64,000 nt of DNA from Phoronis australis (Eukaryota; Animalia; Phoronida), in contig NMRA01000890.1 of NCBI GenBank assembly GCA_002633005.1, forward strand, positions 25,742-89,741, written 5' to 3'. The notes beneath the pieces are model-generated. The model was not told the DNA's origin. It worked only from the letters and a program-made list of their open reading frames with translations, and did not search any database. Of the stretch, positions 38,801-49,924 are shown one piece after another. Positions within the stretch are counted from its first letter, which is position 1. Each line of letters begins with the position of its first letter. The position numbers and the translations under genes are program-made.

Positions 38801-40997
38801 TAGCCGACCCAAAATACCTTGAATCAATGCGGAAATAGGAGGATAGCTTCATCTCGCTAATAAATGCCTATCAGGCAAATTTTATGAACATGCGTTGAGG
38901 AAAATGCAATGTACGTAGGTGGACTTTAAAATGTAAAATTGCCACTTTGCCGCACACCGGTAGTCTGATCCGTCTGAAAGTCGTTGTCATCTGTTGTCAA
39001 CTTATGATATATTCCCTTTCAGAATTCAATAAAGATCCTGTGGAGCCGCTACGAGATACATGTACAGAAAAAAATGAGAAAAAACAAACAACACTCTCAT
39101 TAGAAGGCGCCATAGTAGTCGAAGTTGTCGCAAAATCATAGTCAGCTGACCTGTTCACAGTAAGAAGATATACGCAAGATTTCACAATCATCTCTGGTGC
39201 GGTTTCGTTGACATACCCAAAAGACAGACTCGAAAGCATTAAAAATGGCAACTGAGTGGCGCAAAGTACCTCGGATTCACCAGAAAAGGGAAGCATGGCG
39301 TAATCTCACTAAGTGCAGTTGATGAACTCCACAGATAAAGAGGAAATTGTAAAAAAATAAAATTGCCTTTTGGGCCACACCAATAGTGCTAGAGGTACCA
39401 AATTTCCCGCCTTTTGTCGACTTCTTCATAGAAACAAATATGCGTAATCTCACCAAGACCCTTTGAGGGTCTAGGAGATGCAGCTGCGGACGACGGACGG
39501 CGGATACCAGGAAGCTGGGAGGCTCAGACCGAGATGACAGAATCCTTCATCCACATACATGTATAAATATGCAGTGGCTAAAAACTGCAGCACAGTGCTT
39601 TTAACTGTCGTCAGNAAATTTATGAACATGCGTTGAGGAAAATGCAATGTACGTAGGTGGACGTTAAAATGTAAAATTGCCACTTTGCCGCACACCGGTA
39701 GTCTGATCCGTCTGAAAGTCGTTGTCATCTGTTGTCAACTTATGATATATTCCCTTTCAGAATTCAATAAAGATCCTGTGGAGCCGCTACGAGATACATG
39801 TACAGAAAAAAAATGAGAAAAACAAACAACACTCTCATTAGAAGGCGCCATAGTAGTCGAAGTTGTCGCAAAATCATAGTCAGCTGACCTGTTCACAGTA
39901 AGAAGATATACGCAAGATTTCACAATCATCTCTGGTGCGGTTTCGTTGACATACTGTACCCAAAAGACAGACTCGAAAGCATTAAAAATGGCAACTGAGT
40001 GGCGCAAAGTACCTAGGATTCACCAGAAAAGGGAAGCATGGCGTAATCTCACTAAGTGCAGTTGATGAACTCCACAGATAAAGAGGAAATTGTAAAAAAA
40101 TAAAATTGCCTTTTGGGCCACACCAATAGTGCTAGAGGTACCAAATTTCCCGCCTTTTGTCGACTTCTTCATAGAAACAAATATGCGTAATCTCACCAAG
40201 ACCCTTTGAGGGTCTAGGAGATGCAGCTGCGGACGACGGACGGCGGATACCAGGAAGCTGGGAGGCTCAGACCGAGATGACAGAATCCTTCATCCACATA
40301 CATGTATAAATATGCAGTGGCTAAAAACTGCAGCACAGTGCTTTTAACTGTCGTCAGTGTGGAGTACATGTACCTGATTGTACATTAAGTAACAGAAATA
40401 CTCGACAACAATTCATGTAAATCAACATTTAGATTGCCACACCTTGGCCCACTGAAATTTCGTAAGAGGGTTCCAAACGAATTGTTCTGATCTCTCAGAA
40501 GACAAGGACCTGTTTTAGACGAGATCTTTGAACTAGTGTTCGGAATCTTTAATGTTTTCCAGTTTCATTGCACTCTCATTGTTTCCTTAATTTTAAGAGT
40601 TTGTACTTTCAGAAATTCACCACTTACTGAATATTTTTTTAAGTCAAAAACCTTGCATGTACATGTATCCGCATTTTACTTTGTGTTCATTAAAATGGGA
40701 TATTTAAATTACGATATTTTGTAAACATTTGATTTCACGTTGGCAGGTCGTTACTCACGACAGTTTTTCGCTTGGCTGTCGGAGGGTAGTTAATATTTTT
40801 ATCTAACTTTTTGGTTATCGTCGTCATAAATTAATGAATCATGTCACAGTTTTTGGAATAAGGTATTCAGGGGTATTTTTCACGCACAGTAATTTCACTT
40901 AGAGCCATATTCCAGTAACAGTTCCAAATGTATTTACCTTTTCACTTCCGGTCTTTTCCACAAGAATTTGCCTTTCATGCTCGCCTTCTGGCACCAT
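26731..40997 (-). CDS. Astacin (M12A) zinc metalloprotease with EGF-like and CUB domains, SpAN/BP10-like; termini unresolved
   Basis: Phase-compatible exons 40997-40938, 37518-37411, 36975-36755, 35353-35278, 31591-31400, 29965-29839, 29649-29527, 29001-28883, 26858-26731. Motifs: EGD prodomain, KRK|A cleavage, WPNGVVPW, CSSNIG, HELGHAIGLEHEQSRSDRD, SAMHY Met-turn, EGF CYNHG..CGCKCP.G, CUB CGG...SPGYPNNYP...C. Confidence 0.88.
27401..27570. mobile_element. ~150-bp MITE with imperfect TIRs (copy 1)
   Basis: gcgtgcgttcagtagacgctag ... ctagcgtgactgaacgggagg; same family as 61639-61789. Confidence 0.75.
27571..28015 (+). mobile_element. Penelope-like element 3' fragment (GIY-YIG endonuclease), frameshifted; copy left of the N join
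   Basis: KSRVVY..RCKDPQCSDSYIGETKQS..M.QHRR...SAI..H....H.F. Confidence 0.85.
28064..28505 (+). mobile_element. Penelope-like element 3' fragment (GIY-YIG), duplicate across the N join
   Basis: ORF 28068-28286 has VVY...YIGET and, after a frameshift, continues WF.RGVKEA..ERIERPSLNKRGGLRFDLSHVWD. Confidence 0.85.
28883..29001 (-). CDS. CUB domain exon a
   Basis: YPECGGVYNLNTEGEIVKIVSPGYPNNYPLNKKCVYVIR; gtgagt donor. Confidence 0.9.
29527..29649 (-). CDS. EGF-like domain exon
   Basis: DCTDICYNHGYPFKSANGACGCKCPRGLTGDC; phase 1-1. Confidence 0.9.
29839..29965 (-). CDS. Astacin catalytic-domain C-terminal exon
   Basis: AFSANEKPTI...GSRRELTFYDAKLANLIYNCK. Confidence 0.92.
31400..31591 (-). CDS. 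Astacin zinc-binding exon
   Basis: LGSILHELGHAIGLEHEQSRSDRD...YDLESAMHYTLY; ttcag acceptor and gtgagt donor. Confidence 0.95.
31870..32245. repeat. Helentron/HINE-like repeat fragment
   Basis: Starts cagagcgttgaaatgcgcccgcgaatgcac (similar to 37858), has unit motifs and ends in a gacggac-like tract. Confidence 0.5.
33477..35148. mobile_element. Kolobok-type non-autonomous DNA transposon, copy 1 (astacin intron)
   Basis: TTAA on both flanks; termini AGGAGCATACCACCCAA / TTGGGTGACATTCTCCT (RR..YY); THAP-like remnant on the minus strand at 34750-34995. Confidence 0.85.
35278..35353 (-). CDS. Astacin exon
   Basis: CSSNIGKLSSSGGQSVTLAEKGCIN; ttgcag acceptor and gtaagt donor. Confidence 0.9.
35797..35862. 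repeat. (AT)n microsatellite
   Basis: Direct reading. Confidence 0.97.
36755..36975 (-). CDS. Astacin exon: propeptide cleavage site and start of catalytic domain
   Basis: FDKISKRKAYERSWVSYWPNGVVPWEY...IEEAIAHWEKKTCLRF; ttgtag acceptor and gtaagg donor. Confidence 0.92.
37411..37518 (-). CDS. Astacin prodomain exon (aspartate-switch EGD-like)
   Basis: tttttag acceptor; MPVSHHVDPDEEGDDIILTHVQK...GDE; gtagca donor. Confidence 0.7.
37856..40290. repeat. Diverged tandem array of ~150-170 bp units, Helentron/HINE-like (partly duplicated across the N at 39615)
   Basis: Begins gacaagagcgccgtggagcgctgaaatacgc; recurring ccaaatttcat, cactagg.ggcgcca.ag and gagatacag; ends gcggacgacggacggcgg. Confidence 0.6.
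40938..40997 (-). CDS. Astacin candidate prodomain exon
   Basis: tatag acceptor; MVPEGEHERQILVEKTGSEK; gtaaat donor; phase 0-0. No homology support beyond the splice fit. Confidence 0.45.
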
Positions 40998-41194
40998 CTA
41001 TAAGTGTAAATTGAAGATGTACTGACATCCGGGTTCTAATTCAAGAAGGATTGCCTAGTGTGTACAACAGCTTCTTAATGCACTTTTTTGATCTAGTGAA
41101 ATTTTGCTTTTCACGCACAGTATAAATATATCAGTTTCTATTAAATACATGGTTATTATAAGTTAGCTTTGAAGGTAAGGAGGTAAACGTAAAA

Positions 41195-41620
41195 TATATG
41201 ATTGCCACTAGGGGCACTCCGGTAGCCTGATCCGTCCGAAAGTCGTCGTCATCTCTTGTCAACTTCAAGTAAATACATTTAAAAAAAAATGTTGAACATC
41301 ATGTAGAGCCCTAGGGAGATACAGCCATGAGCGCAAAGACAAACAAAACTGCCACTAGGATGCGCCACAGAAGTCGACGTCGTCGGAATATTATCATCAG
41401 CCGCCCTCACAGTAAGATATATGCCAATGTTCAAAATCATCCCTAAAGCGGTTTTATTGGCAGAGGGGCGCACACCAAATACAGACTCGAAAATCATAAA
41501 AATGGCCACTACACTGTACTTCAGATACTGCAAATTACCTCAAATCCATCCAATAACAGGAGTATAGCGTAGTCTTGCTAACAGTTTCGTAGATTCCAAA
41601 TTATATGAAAATTCAGTAAG
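41195..41620. repeat. Helentron/HINE-like repeat fragment
   Basis: Aligns by eye to 38935-39330. Confidence 0.55.
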
Positions 41621-42525
41621 TACTTCCCAAAATACGTAATTGCCTGGTGCCAAAACCCAATGACGACCTTAGAGACAATTTTCAGGCTCACATGAATAAG
41701 TCATGTGATTTTTAATAAAGTATTCCGATTTGTGCAATATTTTGAGGCAATTTAGAAAGAAAATGATGTGAATTTTTGAATGTCAGTTCTCTGAAGTATA
41801 CTGTACATTGTTTCAGACTTACCGTTATTGAGTTATTTGACTTTGATATTCCAAAAAAATAAAAAAAAAATATTTTTTCAAAAAATTAAAGGAATTTTGC
41901 ATAACTATTTCCTTAGATAGAGTTTGTAAGGGCTTTCAGAAATTGTTTTCCAATTTTTGCTAGATTGTCTAATTTTTTAATTATTCGAAATTTTCCGAAA
42001 GCGCTGTTCCTTTCTTGACCGACCTTACGTTGATTATGGTTTAGCTTCTATTGAACAACACTGCAGGCCATTTCTTACTGATTTCTTACATCTTCGCTAG
42101 TCATAAGAAAATGTTACCGTGTTGTTCATATATACCACCTTCATCACCGCAATCATCATCGTCGTCATCTCCATCGCCAAGTGTCGACCGCTCTGATTTC
42201 TGACATCTACGTCCGTCATATGAATGTTATTACATGTATGCTGTTGCTCATGGCAACCACCACCATCGTATTTGTCATCTTCGTCATCATCTCCATCATC
42301 GTCTTTTCGGTTAATTACGCCAATTGTCGCTCCTCCGAGCAGTTTCATATTATTCATTATCTTGCTAGTCAATTTCTAGTTTTTGGACGAAAAATTTTAT
42401 GGAACTCAGTCGCCATGGTAACAATTATGCATATCTACTTCTATATTTAACTTGAGCTTGGTTTACCCTGTACATACTGTATTGCTCATTATTGCCAGAA
42501 GTACTTTACATATTAAGATACTTCG

Positions 42526-42752
42526 GTCCCAAGAAACCGATTTAAGTTCATTTTTCTTAAGGTTAAGATTTGTCTCAACTTCCAATCTTTGAAACTTCCA
42601 CACACACTGCCTTAGTCAAAATTAAGGAAAACATTTAAAATATTTGTTCTTGAAACGGAATTGTCACGAGAAATTTTGAAATTTTGTCTTAAATCTGACT
42701 GAAATTTAATATTACTTTTAGCTAAATCAGACAGTTGTCTTGAAACAGGCCC
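42526..42752. mobile_element. Harbinger-type MITE, second copy of the 10673 family
   Basis: caagaaaccgatttaagttcattttt ... ttgaaacaggccc followed by ctg. Confidence 0.7.
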
Positions 42753-45067
42753 CTGATCTCAACCTGACAACTACTTACCTGAATTTCGACCTTCCTTATT
42801 CAGTTCGATATTGTTCGAGACCATGATGAGCTAATAAAATGACACCCGTGAACCAACCAACTTGTGGAGCATTTTCTCAAGCAGTAACGAATTCTCAGTG
42901 TTTTCGCTGCTACTGTACATGTATTTTGATTGAGAAACGATTTGAGGCTAATGTTATAATGTCAAGAAACCTGAGTCAAAGGTTGTTTGTTTGACGAAAT
43001 TTATAGCAGCTTACAGCTTAGTGGTTGCCAGTCAATCTGTTAAAAGTTGAGCACCAATGTATACAAATACGAAATTCATAAAACATAAAAAATACTCTTA
43101 CCCTAAGTGGATGTGAAATGGTCCGACGGGTTTGAACCAAATCGAAGACGACTGCAGCTGTTATGGCGACGACTACCGCTCTCATGATTTTAAGTCCAGA
43201 AATCAAAACGGATTTTTCCCCAGTAAAATACAGTTCTTTTTATGCTAAAACACGTGACACCGTTCTGATCTCAATATTGGCAATAGGAAACATCATGAGC
43301 GAACATTCGATTAACTTAATTCTAACAAACAACCTGTCAAACCAATTTTTGCCTGTAGGTTGTTCGGAATTTTGTCATTCAAACCATAGCTCCGCCCACA
43401 GAAAAAAATGCTTTTGGGTAGTGTTCCGCCCAGTGGTACAGCGAAACATTGTAAAAATCTCCAGTATCAATGACAACATGATAGTTTGCGTAGTCATCTA
43501 ATAGAAATGGGAGGGAGGGGCTTTGAAATGTACAATAAAATGGCCTATGAATTTGCTCTTCCACAGTTTCCTTGCGGTCTTGACTTGATCCAATGATTTT
43601 TCAGTTGTCTTCCACACCTTGTATTATGGTCGTCACGGGTGGACGCCATCAGACGTTTAGGGGAAGTACTGTACGCTTTTAATATTTCCACCACACGCAC
43701 AAATGCGGCAAAACGGATTTAAAGAACTATTAAAAGGGGTTTGTAGTAGACGGTTGTAGTAAAGACCTGTCAAGGGTGGAAAAGAGTGTGTCTCCTGGGC
43801 CCGGTCTCTAATCTTTGTACTCGAAACGAACTCGAAAATATTTTTGGCAATTTCTGTGCTCTTTTTGTGCGAACCTAAGATAATTGGTTATCAGAGTGTG
43901 CTTGAATACATTATAGTTTATGCATAGGAGTTTCTAGTTCAAGTTTGCCCTTGAAGACCCTTATATTTATGCTACAAACTCGAGTAAAACTCGAAATTTC
44001 GAGTTCAAACTAGAACTTATTGCTTTAACATTGGGTTTACAAACTGTGAACTAAGGACCATAAATTATCTACGTAAGTTATTGTGTCCTCGAGCATAGAA
44101 TAATAGACACTTATCTTGAGTTCCCCCAAAAGTAGAGAAGAAAATGCCAAATCTAATTTCGAGTTCCATTTCGAGTAAAAAGATTGGGGACCGTGCCTTG
44201 GCCTGTGTGAGTTTTGATGGAATAGGCCTTATAGTCTGTAGTCTTGACTGATGTCGATTAGGGCTGATGGGATGGCGATACATTTTACTGTCTTCACAGT
44301 GGTTCTCGGCCCAGAAAGTAGACAATATGGCGATCCTATTTCTATTTGATAGGTCTTGTCAAGCAAAGCGCACACACTTGTCGTTGAAACATTAGATATC
44401 TTTCTGAGCGTTTAAGGATCGGAAGACCGAGGGAATTACTAAAGTTGTGTATGCAGTCTTAAGAGACATCTTTACTTTCTGGTGATGGTTAAATAATCAG
44501 GGTGTCAAGTTGCATCCGATGTCTCGCGATATTTACCTCTTCAAGTTATTTTACAAGCTTAGTCCAAGATACTGCTACTGAGAGGTTGGTTTCAGAAGAT
44601 ATGAGTTGGATATATATGGGTGTTGCGTTTCAGAAATATTTTCAGCTCGTCGCATCCAGGATGCATGAAGATATATCTACCACCTACTGTTTCTCATGTG
44701 TCCCTCGACGGTGCCCTTGCACCTAGAAATCTACCCCTATACCTCACCACTTCTCACAGGCGCTGGCCAAGATCCTCCCCCCAATTTTCGGGAAACATAA
44801 TGGTACTGGCTTTAGTGTAACACAAGTTCCGGTGGGATGTTTTGCATTTTCTGAGAGCCCTGGCTACATGAATACAGTGCGATTTTTTTGTTTTTATTTG
44901 CCTCCGAGGACTGTTGTTCATTCAAATTACGAAATCATGTCTCTGCCACTTTCAGGGAAGCTAGTTGAAACTAGTTAATTTCTGAAGTAATGTGTACTTT
45001 CAAAATAAGTATGTGGATGGACGGATGTATGGATGGATGGAGAGATATTTAACTATCTTTCTTATTT

Positions 45068-45149
45068 AGAAGTTTCAAAGTATGGACGTGAAGACAAATC
45101 TTAGTCTTCAGTCAAAAATGAATTTAAGTCAGTTTCTTGGAACGGGCCC
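45068..45149. mobile_element. Harbinger-type MITE, partial inverted copy of the 10673 family
   Basis: agtcaaaaatgaatttaagtcagtttcttggaacgggccc followed by cag. Confidence 0.7.
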
Positions 45150-46235
45150 CAGAACTCCCAAAATTATACTGCTGCGCATGCGTACAGTATCACTCAGCAT
45201 TTCTACATGACTTTCCTAAATGCGTAACAATTGACCTATTTGGCCAACAAAGAATCCTGATAATTTTAAAGAAGTGGCGCCTAAGTGTCAACTTGTTTCA
45301 GAGCAAAGATTTCCAGAAAACGTTTACACCATAGCAACCAAACTAATGCATGTCCATAGAGGGTGTTAAAACGTTTTAATCTGTTGCAAACAGTTCTCAG
45401 CCAATATACAATACCTCAAATTACAAGTATATCCATATCGACGTGGCACTCCCTAGTAACGTTATTGCCACAGTAACAAGGTTTTCAGGCTGCTTGTATG
45501 GCATCTACATGTAGTATCATTTTAGAAATTATCAATTTAGGAATCCCACGACTACTCGACATTGATGATTGTGATTGCGTCCACATTTCAGCATGTCGAA
45601 TAAATACTAAATTAAAATGAACTGAGTGTGATAAATATAGATTATTACATGGCGAATTCGATCTCCCATATTCTAAATCCACGAGGGCTCTAGATAAGGG
45701 GGATTTCGATTGAGAACATGTAATAATCTATGTATACCACAAACTGAACGAGAAACATTGCAATGAATCGATCTACCTTTCTCGACTCGCCTCGGATTTG
45801 TAATTACTTTCTACTGTCCGGGGACGCAGGCCGTGACCTTTTAAGAAATGCCAAGCTATTTTTGTCAAATAATGCTTTTATTCAAAACCAACTGAAAATT
45901 TAAACAAAATAGAAATCAATGGAATCCATAAATTAAGGTTAAGCAACTATTATAGCTTACTACACATTTCATCACACTAAGCTTCGACCGGGAACTATCG
46001 GCTGCTAAAGTAGGTTACCACTGGTAATAGAGCATAATTCTCAAGTCAAAGGATCCCTTCGACACGATACCCGCATTCAAATTGGATGTCGGTGATTTAC
46101 AAGTGAGAGAACATGACAGAAAAAACACTGAATTAAAATATTGTTTTTATGGAAATTAGTCTTATTTTCTACAACGTATAAATGTCGGTACAGTGTCCTT
46201 TGTTGAACATGTGATTGTTGCGCGTGCTCATTTAA

Positions 46236-47909
46236 AAGAGCATGCCACCCAAAAAAAAACTAATTTGTATCAATTTAGATCGAGTAGTTCTACTCCATAA
46301 CGACACGTACGGTTGCGTTACCTGACACCTGACGGCAGACGGAGGTGTTGAAATTAACCAATGACGTCATCGGTTTCACACGCAGTCTGTTCAGCAGTTC
46401 ACAACACGGGTTACTGGTGTCAGCTTATCGCTTGAAGTCATCGTTTAACACCAATAAATCATCAAACTTCGATGTAAAACCCTTAAAAATACACCGAGTT
46501 CTTATAAAAACGTGTTGTTTTATTTCGCTCTTACGGATTTATTGGTATTTGGACACACCGTAGCCTACAAAGTTCGGCAGGCCAATAAGGTCCGTAGCAG
46601 GAGTTTGGGGTCTGTTCGGAGATAATTTCGAAGTATTTTCCGTGAGATACAGACATGAGAACCTAGATTTGTGTTGTTTAGACTTGTGATTTTTTGAGTT
46701 CTAAACACAAAACGCTTGTTATCCTAGCCAGTGGCTGGGAGCCCGATCAGGCCCGTCGCGGCCGGCCGGATTCACTCGTTATCCCGGAAAGGCCAGTGGC
46801 TCGGAAACTGATCAGACATCACGAACATAAACCAGCCACAGTTCACTGGAAACTAAAGTTCCAATCAAGACAATACTATACTAGTGAGCCAAAATAATGT
46901 GTACGTGATTATGTTGGTGAATTACCACTAAACTGCAAATCTATACTCGTCGAGGGCCGCGAATTCAGGTTCCGCTTTGGCCACAGCACCGTCAGGGCAG
47001 AAGTTGTCCAATGACAATCATTATTTGAGTAATGTAATTGTAAATAAAGATTCCCCTAACACCTCGCCGTGGGATGGAAATCGAGTTGTTTCACAATAGT
47101 TTCTGCCAGCAAACACTAAATTAGCATGAGCTCACACGGCCTCGGTGTCCCGTCAATTAGTTTTATTGCACATAAAGCCGGTAACGCAGTGATTTATTCA
47201 ATACTGGCTTCTCAAATCACTTGCACTCACGAACACTCCAAAGGCATTACAAATTGCATCGAATGAGACAGGCTCTGTTTCAGTTTTATTTAAGCATTGG
47301 TTAGGGTGAGAATAATTCATTTTGAAACAGAACGCTCAGTAATAAACGCCAACATGGCAACTCGCAAACCCGACTTAGGACGAGCTAGAGCTCAAAGGTC
47401 CCGACTTCGCAGGTGGATCGTTAAGTTTTACAGGCTATCAATTGGAACAGGAATACAGTGATGAAGAAATGCTAGAGATGCGCCGTGAACAAGCTCAGAC
47501 AACGGAACGTATGGAGTTATTTGGTAAGCCGGCATTCGTCGGACGTCTCAGTGGATGCCACAGACACGGAGCTGTTTCACGGCCTCATACTTGCTATTTA
47601 CAGCGTACATTTCATATTTCACTATCGTGAGCCACTCCTTAAGCATTTGGGACTCTCGAAAAAGTAAAAAAAACGATATATCCGCTTTCCTCGCAGCTTC
47701 TTAGTTCGGACAAGCGAGAACGATGCACCGCAACACAGCGGCATTCACTCTGCATATGAACCACCTACGTCGCTAGTGTCGTTTCTCACCTTCTTCACAG
47801 CTTAGCGCGACACCTCTTGGCAAGGTAAGGTCGACCGTATGCGAGGCGATGTGGATATAGACCGATTAAGACGGCAAAAAAGACAAATTAAATCGGTTGG
47901 CATTCTCCT
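46236..47909. mobile_element. Kolobok-type element, copy 2
   Basis: TTAA flanks; colinear with 33477-35148. Confidence 0.85.
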
Positions 47910-47936
47910 TTAAGTATTCTATTTTCACTCTCGATG

Positions 47937-48001
47937 ACGTGGTGCAGTGGTGAAGAAGGCGACCCGAAACTCATCAGGCCCGGGTTCAAAACCAGCCTCG
48001 A
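47937..48001 (+). mobile_element. tRNA-like SINE head
   Basis: A box gtggtgcagtggtg and B box gggttcaaaacc. Confidence 0.5.
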
Positions 48002-48844
48002 TTTCCCTCAAAAATGTTATCTCTCTAGTGAGATAACTAAATGGTTTATTAAACGGTTGGATCGGCCATTCGGGGTTATTATTGCGGTATAATTATTTTC
48101 ATTGGAAGAGGAAATAATTTTGTCAAATATCATTTAGATAAGACGACTACAGGAAAAAATTAATGAGTTTCTGCCAAGCTAATTTAAAGCAAGGCTTGAT
48201 CTGAAATGCACATACTAACTTTCCCCATTAACCTAAGATAAGTCTCGTGTGATACCCAGAACATGCGGTGCCTCTCCATGGTCACTGAAAGTGGGAGTCG
48301 AATGGCTCAACTTCTCGAATTTCGGTGTCATTTTCAGCGGCCCTCTTGAGGAGCGCTGCCAGTAATTAAATTTTTGAATGACCTTTTCCACAAAATGTTG
48401 TTTGATTTTAGACAGTTTTTAAGAGTTTATTTGATATTTGAATGAATCTGTGAGTTATTTATCATTACATTTATTTGTGAGTTCTATCTCACCGACAATT
48501 CAATACGGAGGCTGCCATTTCTTTATGTCACGCAATGCTTGAGCATGCTCATGGTTGCCTTCGGTAGACCGAAAACGTTAGACCTTGCGCTTGCAGCGAA
48601 AATAGTCGATTTTGTAATCAAAACTGTAAACACCCAGTATCTCAGTATTCAACGTTCCAGCGTCACAAGCCAGTTGTTTCTTTGTCTGTCACTTAATTAA
48701 GATGCATGTGCTCTAATAATGTCTTGAGTTTGGTCAAGAAACATTCGCCTTCCACTTGTGTGATTTTTCGGGGTCTTACGCGATTTCGATTTTCGAGCAA
48801 GAGACGTTAGCATCTACAATTTTGTGACAGCTTATTTAATTTTC

Positions 48845-49924
48845 AGATTGTTCTGTATGCGGATGACACTGCAATACTGTCCACAGGCCAATCTCATCTC
48901 TGATTTAGAAATCATTTCAGATAGGCTTGTATGCAATAAATTATTCTTAAATGTGTCAAAAAACTAAAACTCTTGTATTTGGCACGTCACAAAGACTTAG
49001 GAACCAAACCCTGACATTAAGTATGGATGGAGGACCAATTGAGAACGTGAATTCTTTTAAATACCTGGAACTAATTTATGCTCAAAATCTTAAATTCTCT
49101 CACCACGTTGATTATATCTCGAAAAAGGTGTCTAAGAAAATTGGCGTATGGAAATACATCAGTAAATTTGTGAACAGAGCAACACTGAAAACCCTTTTTA
49201 ATGCTATCATTCAACCTCACCTAGATCATGGCCTCCCGGTGTGGGGCGTTGTATAAGGCAAGGATATGAAAACCGTCCAGGTTATCCAAAATAGAGCTGC
49301 CCGGATTATTCAGGGAGCTGGTTTTAGAGATATTAACATTGAACACCTTCATAGAGAGACTGGAATCATGAAAATTCTTACAAGACATCAATTCCTATCT
49401 GTTTTTCGTCTTGTTCCAACCTACTTAAGTGCTAAGTTTAAGATGACTACTAATAGCTGCAATACTAGGTCCTCATCATCACCAAATTTCAATCTTCCTA
49501 AAGGCAGAAACGAAACTGGGAAAAATAATTTTCTTACAGTGTGCCCTATTGATGACACAGATTGAACTTCATGTAGTGTGTAAGAATGCATGTTTATACA
49601 TGCGTGTATATTTATATGCTGTCCTACTTTTATTAATTATCTATTGCCTGTTTTTAATTATTTATATTTCTACTTTAGCTAATTATCTTGTCTTAATTTC
49701 TTTGTCTTCTATTTATCATATTTTTTATTTTGTAACATCAGTCTTTCTGTGTCAATTTCTCATTCTTACTTATTATTTACATATTGTCTTTCATTTTGTA
49801 ATTCTGTTTTTGTCTTGCTATCTGTTTGTTTTTACTGAGGGTCCACATGGAAAGGAGTGTGAATGGATAGGGCTATTTTCATTGTAAATAATGCATAATA
49901 AATAAATAAATAAATAAATAAATA
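48845..49924 (+). mobile_element. 5'-truncated CR1/L2-group LINE (RT C-terminus, 3' UTR, (TAAA)n tail)
   Basis: LYADDTA, KTKTLVFG, FKYL, F..HVDYI.KKV.KKIG, PHLD.G.PVWG, IQNRAARII; contains frameshifts and stops. Confidence 0.92.

Noticed and set aside
38878-40356. ~740-bp tandem duplication
   Set aside because: Near-identical copies split by the N at 39615; treated as an allelic or assembly artefact.
49549-49887. Hydrophobic 112-aa ORF
   Set aside because: T-rich LINE 3' UTR; a compositional artefact.
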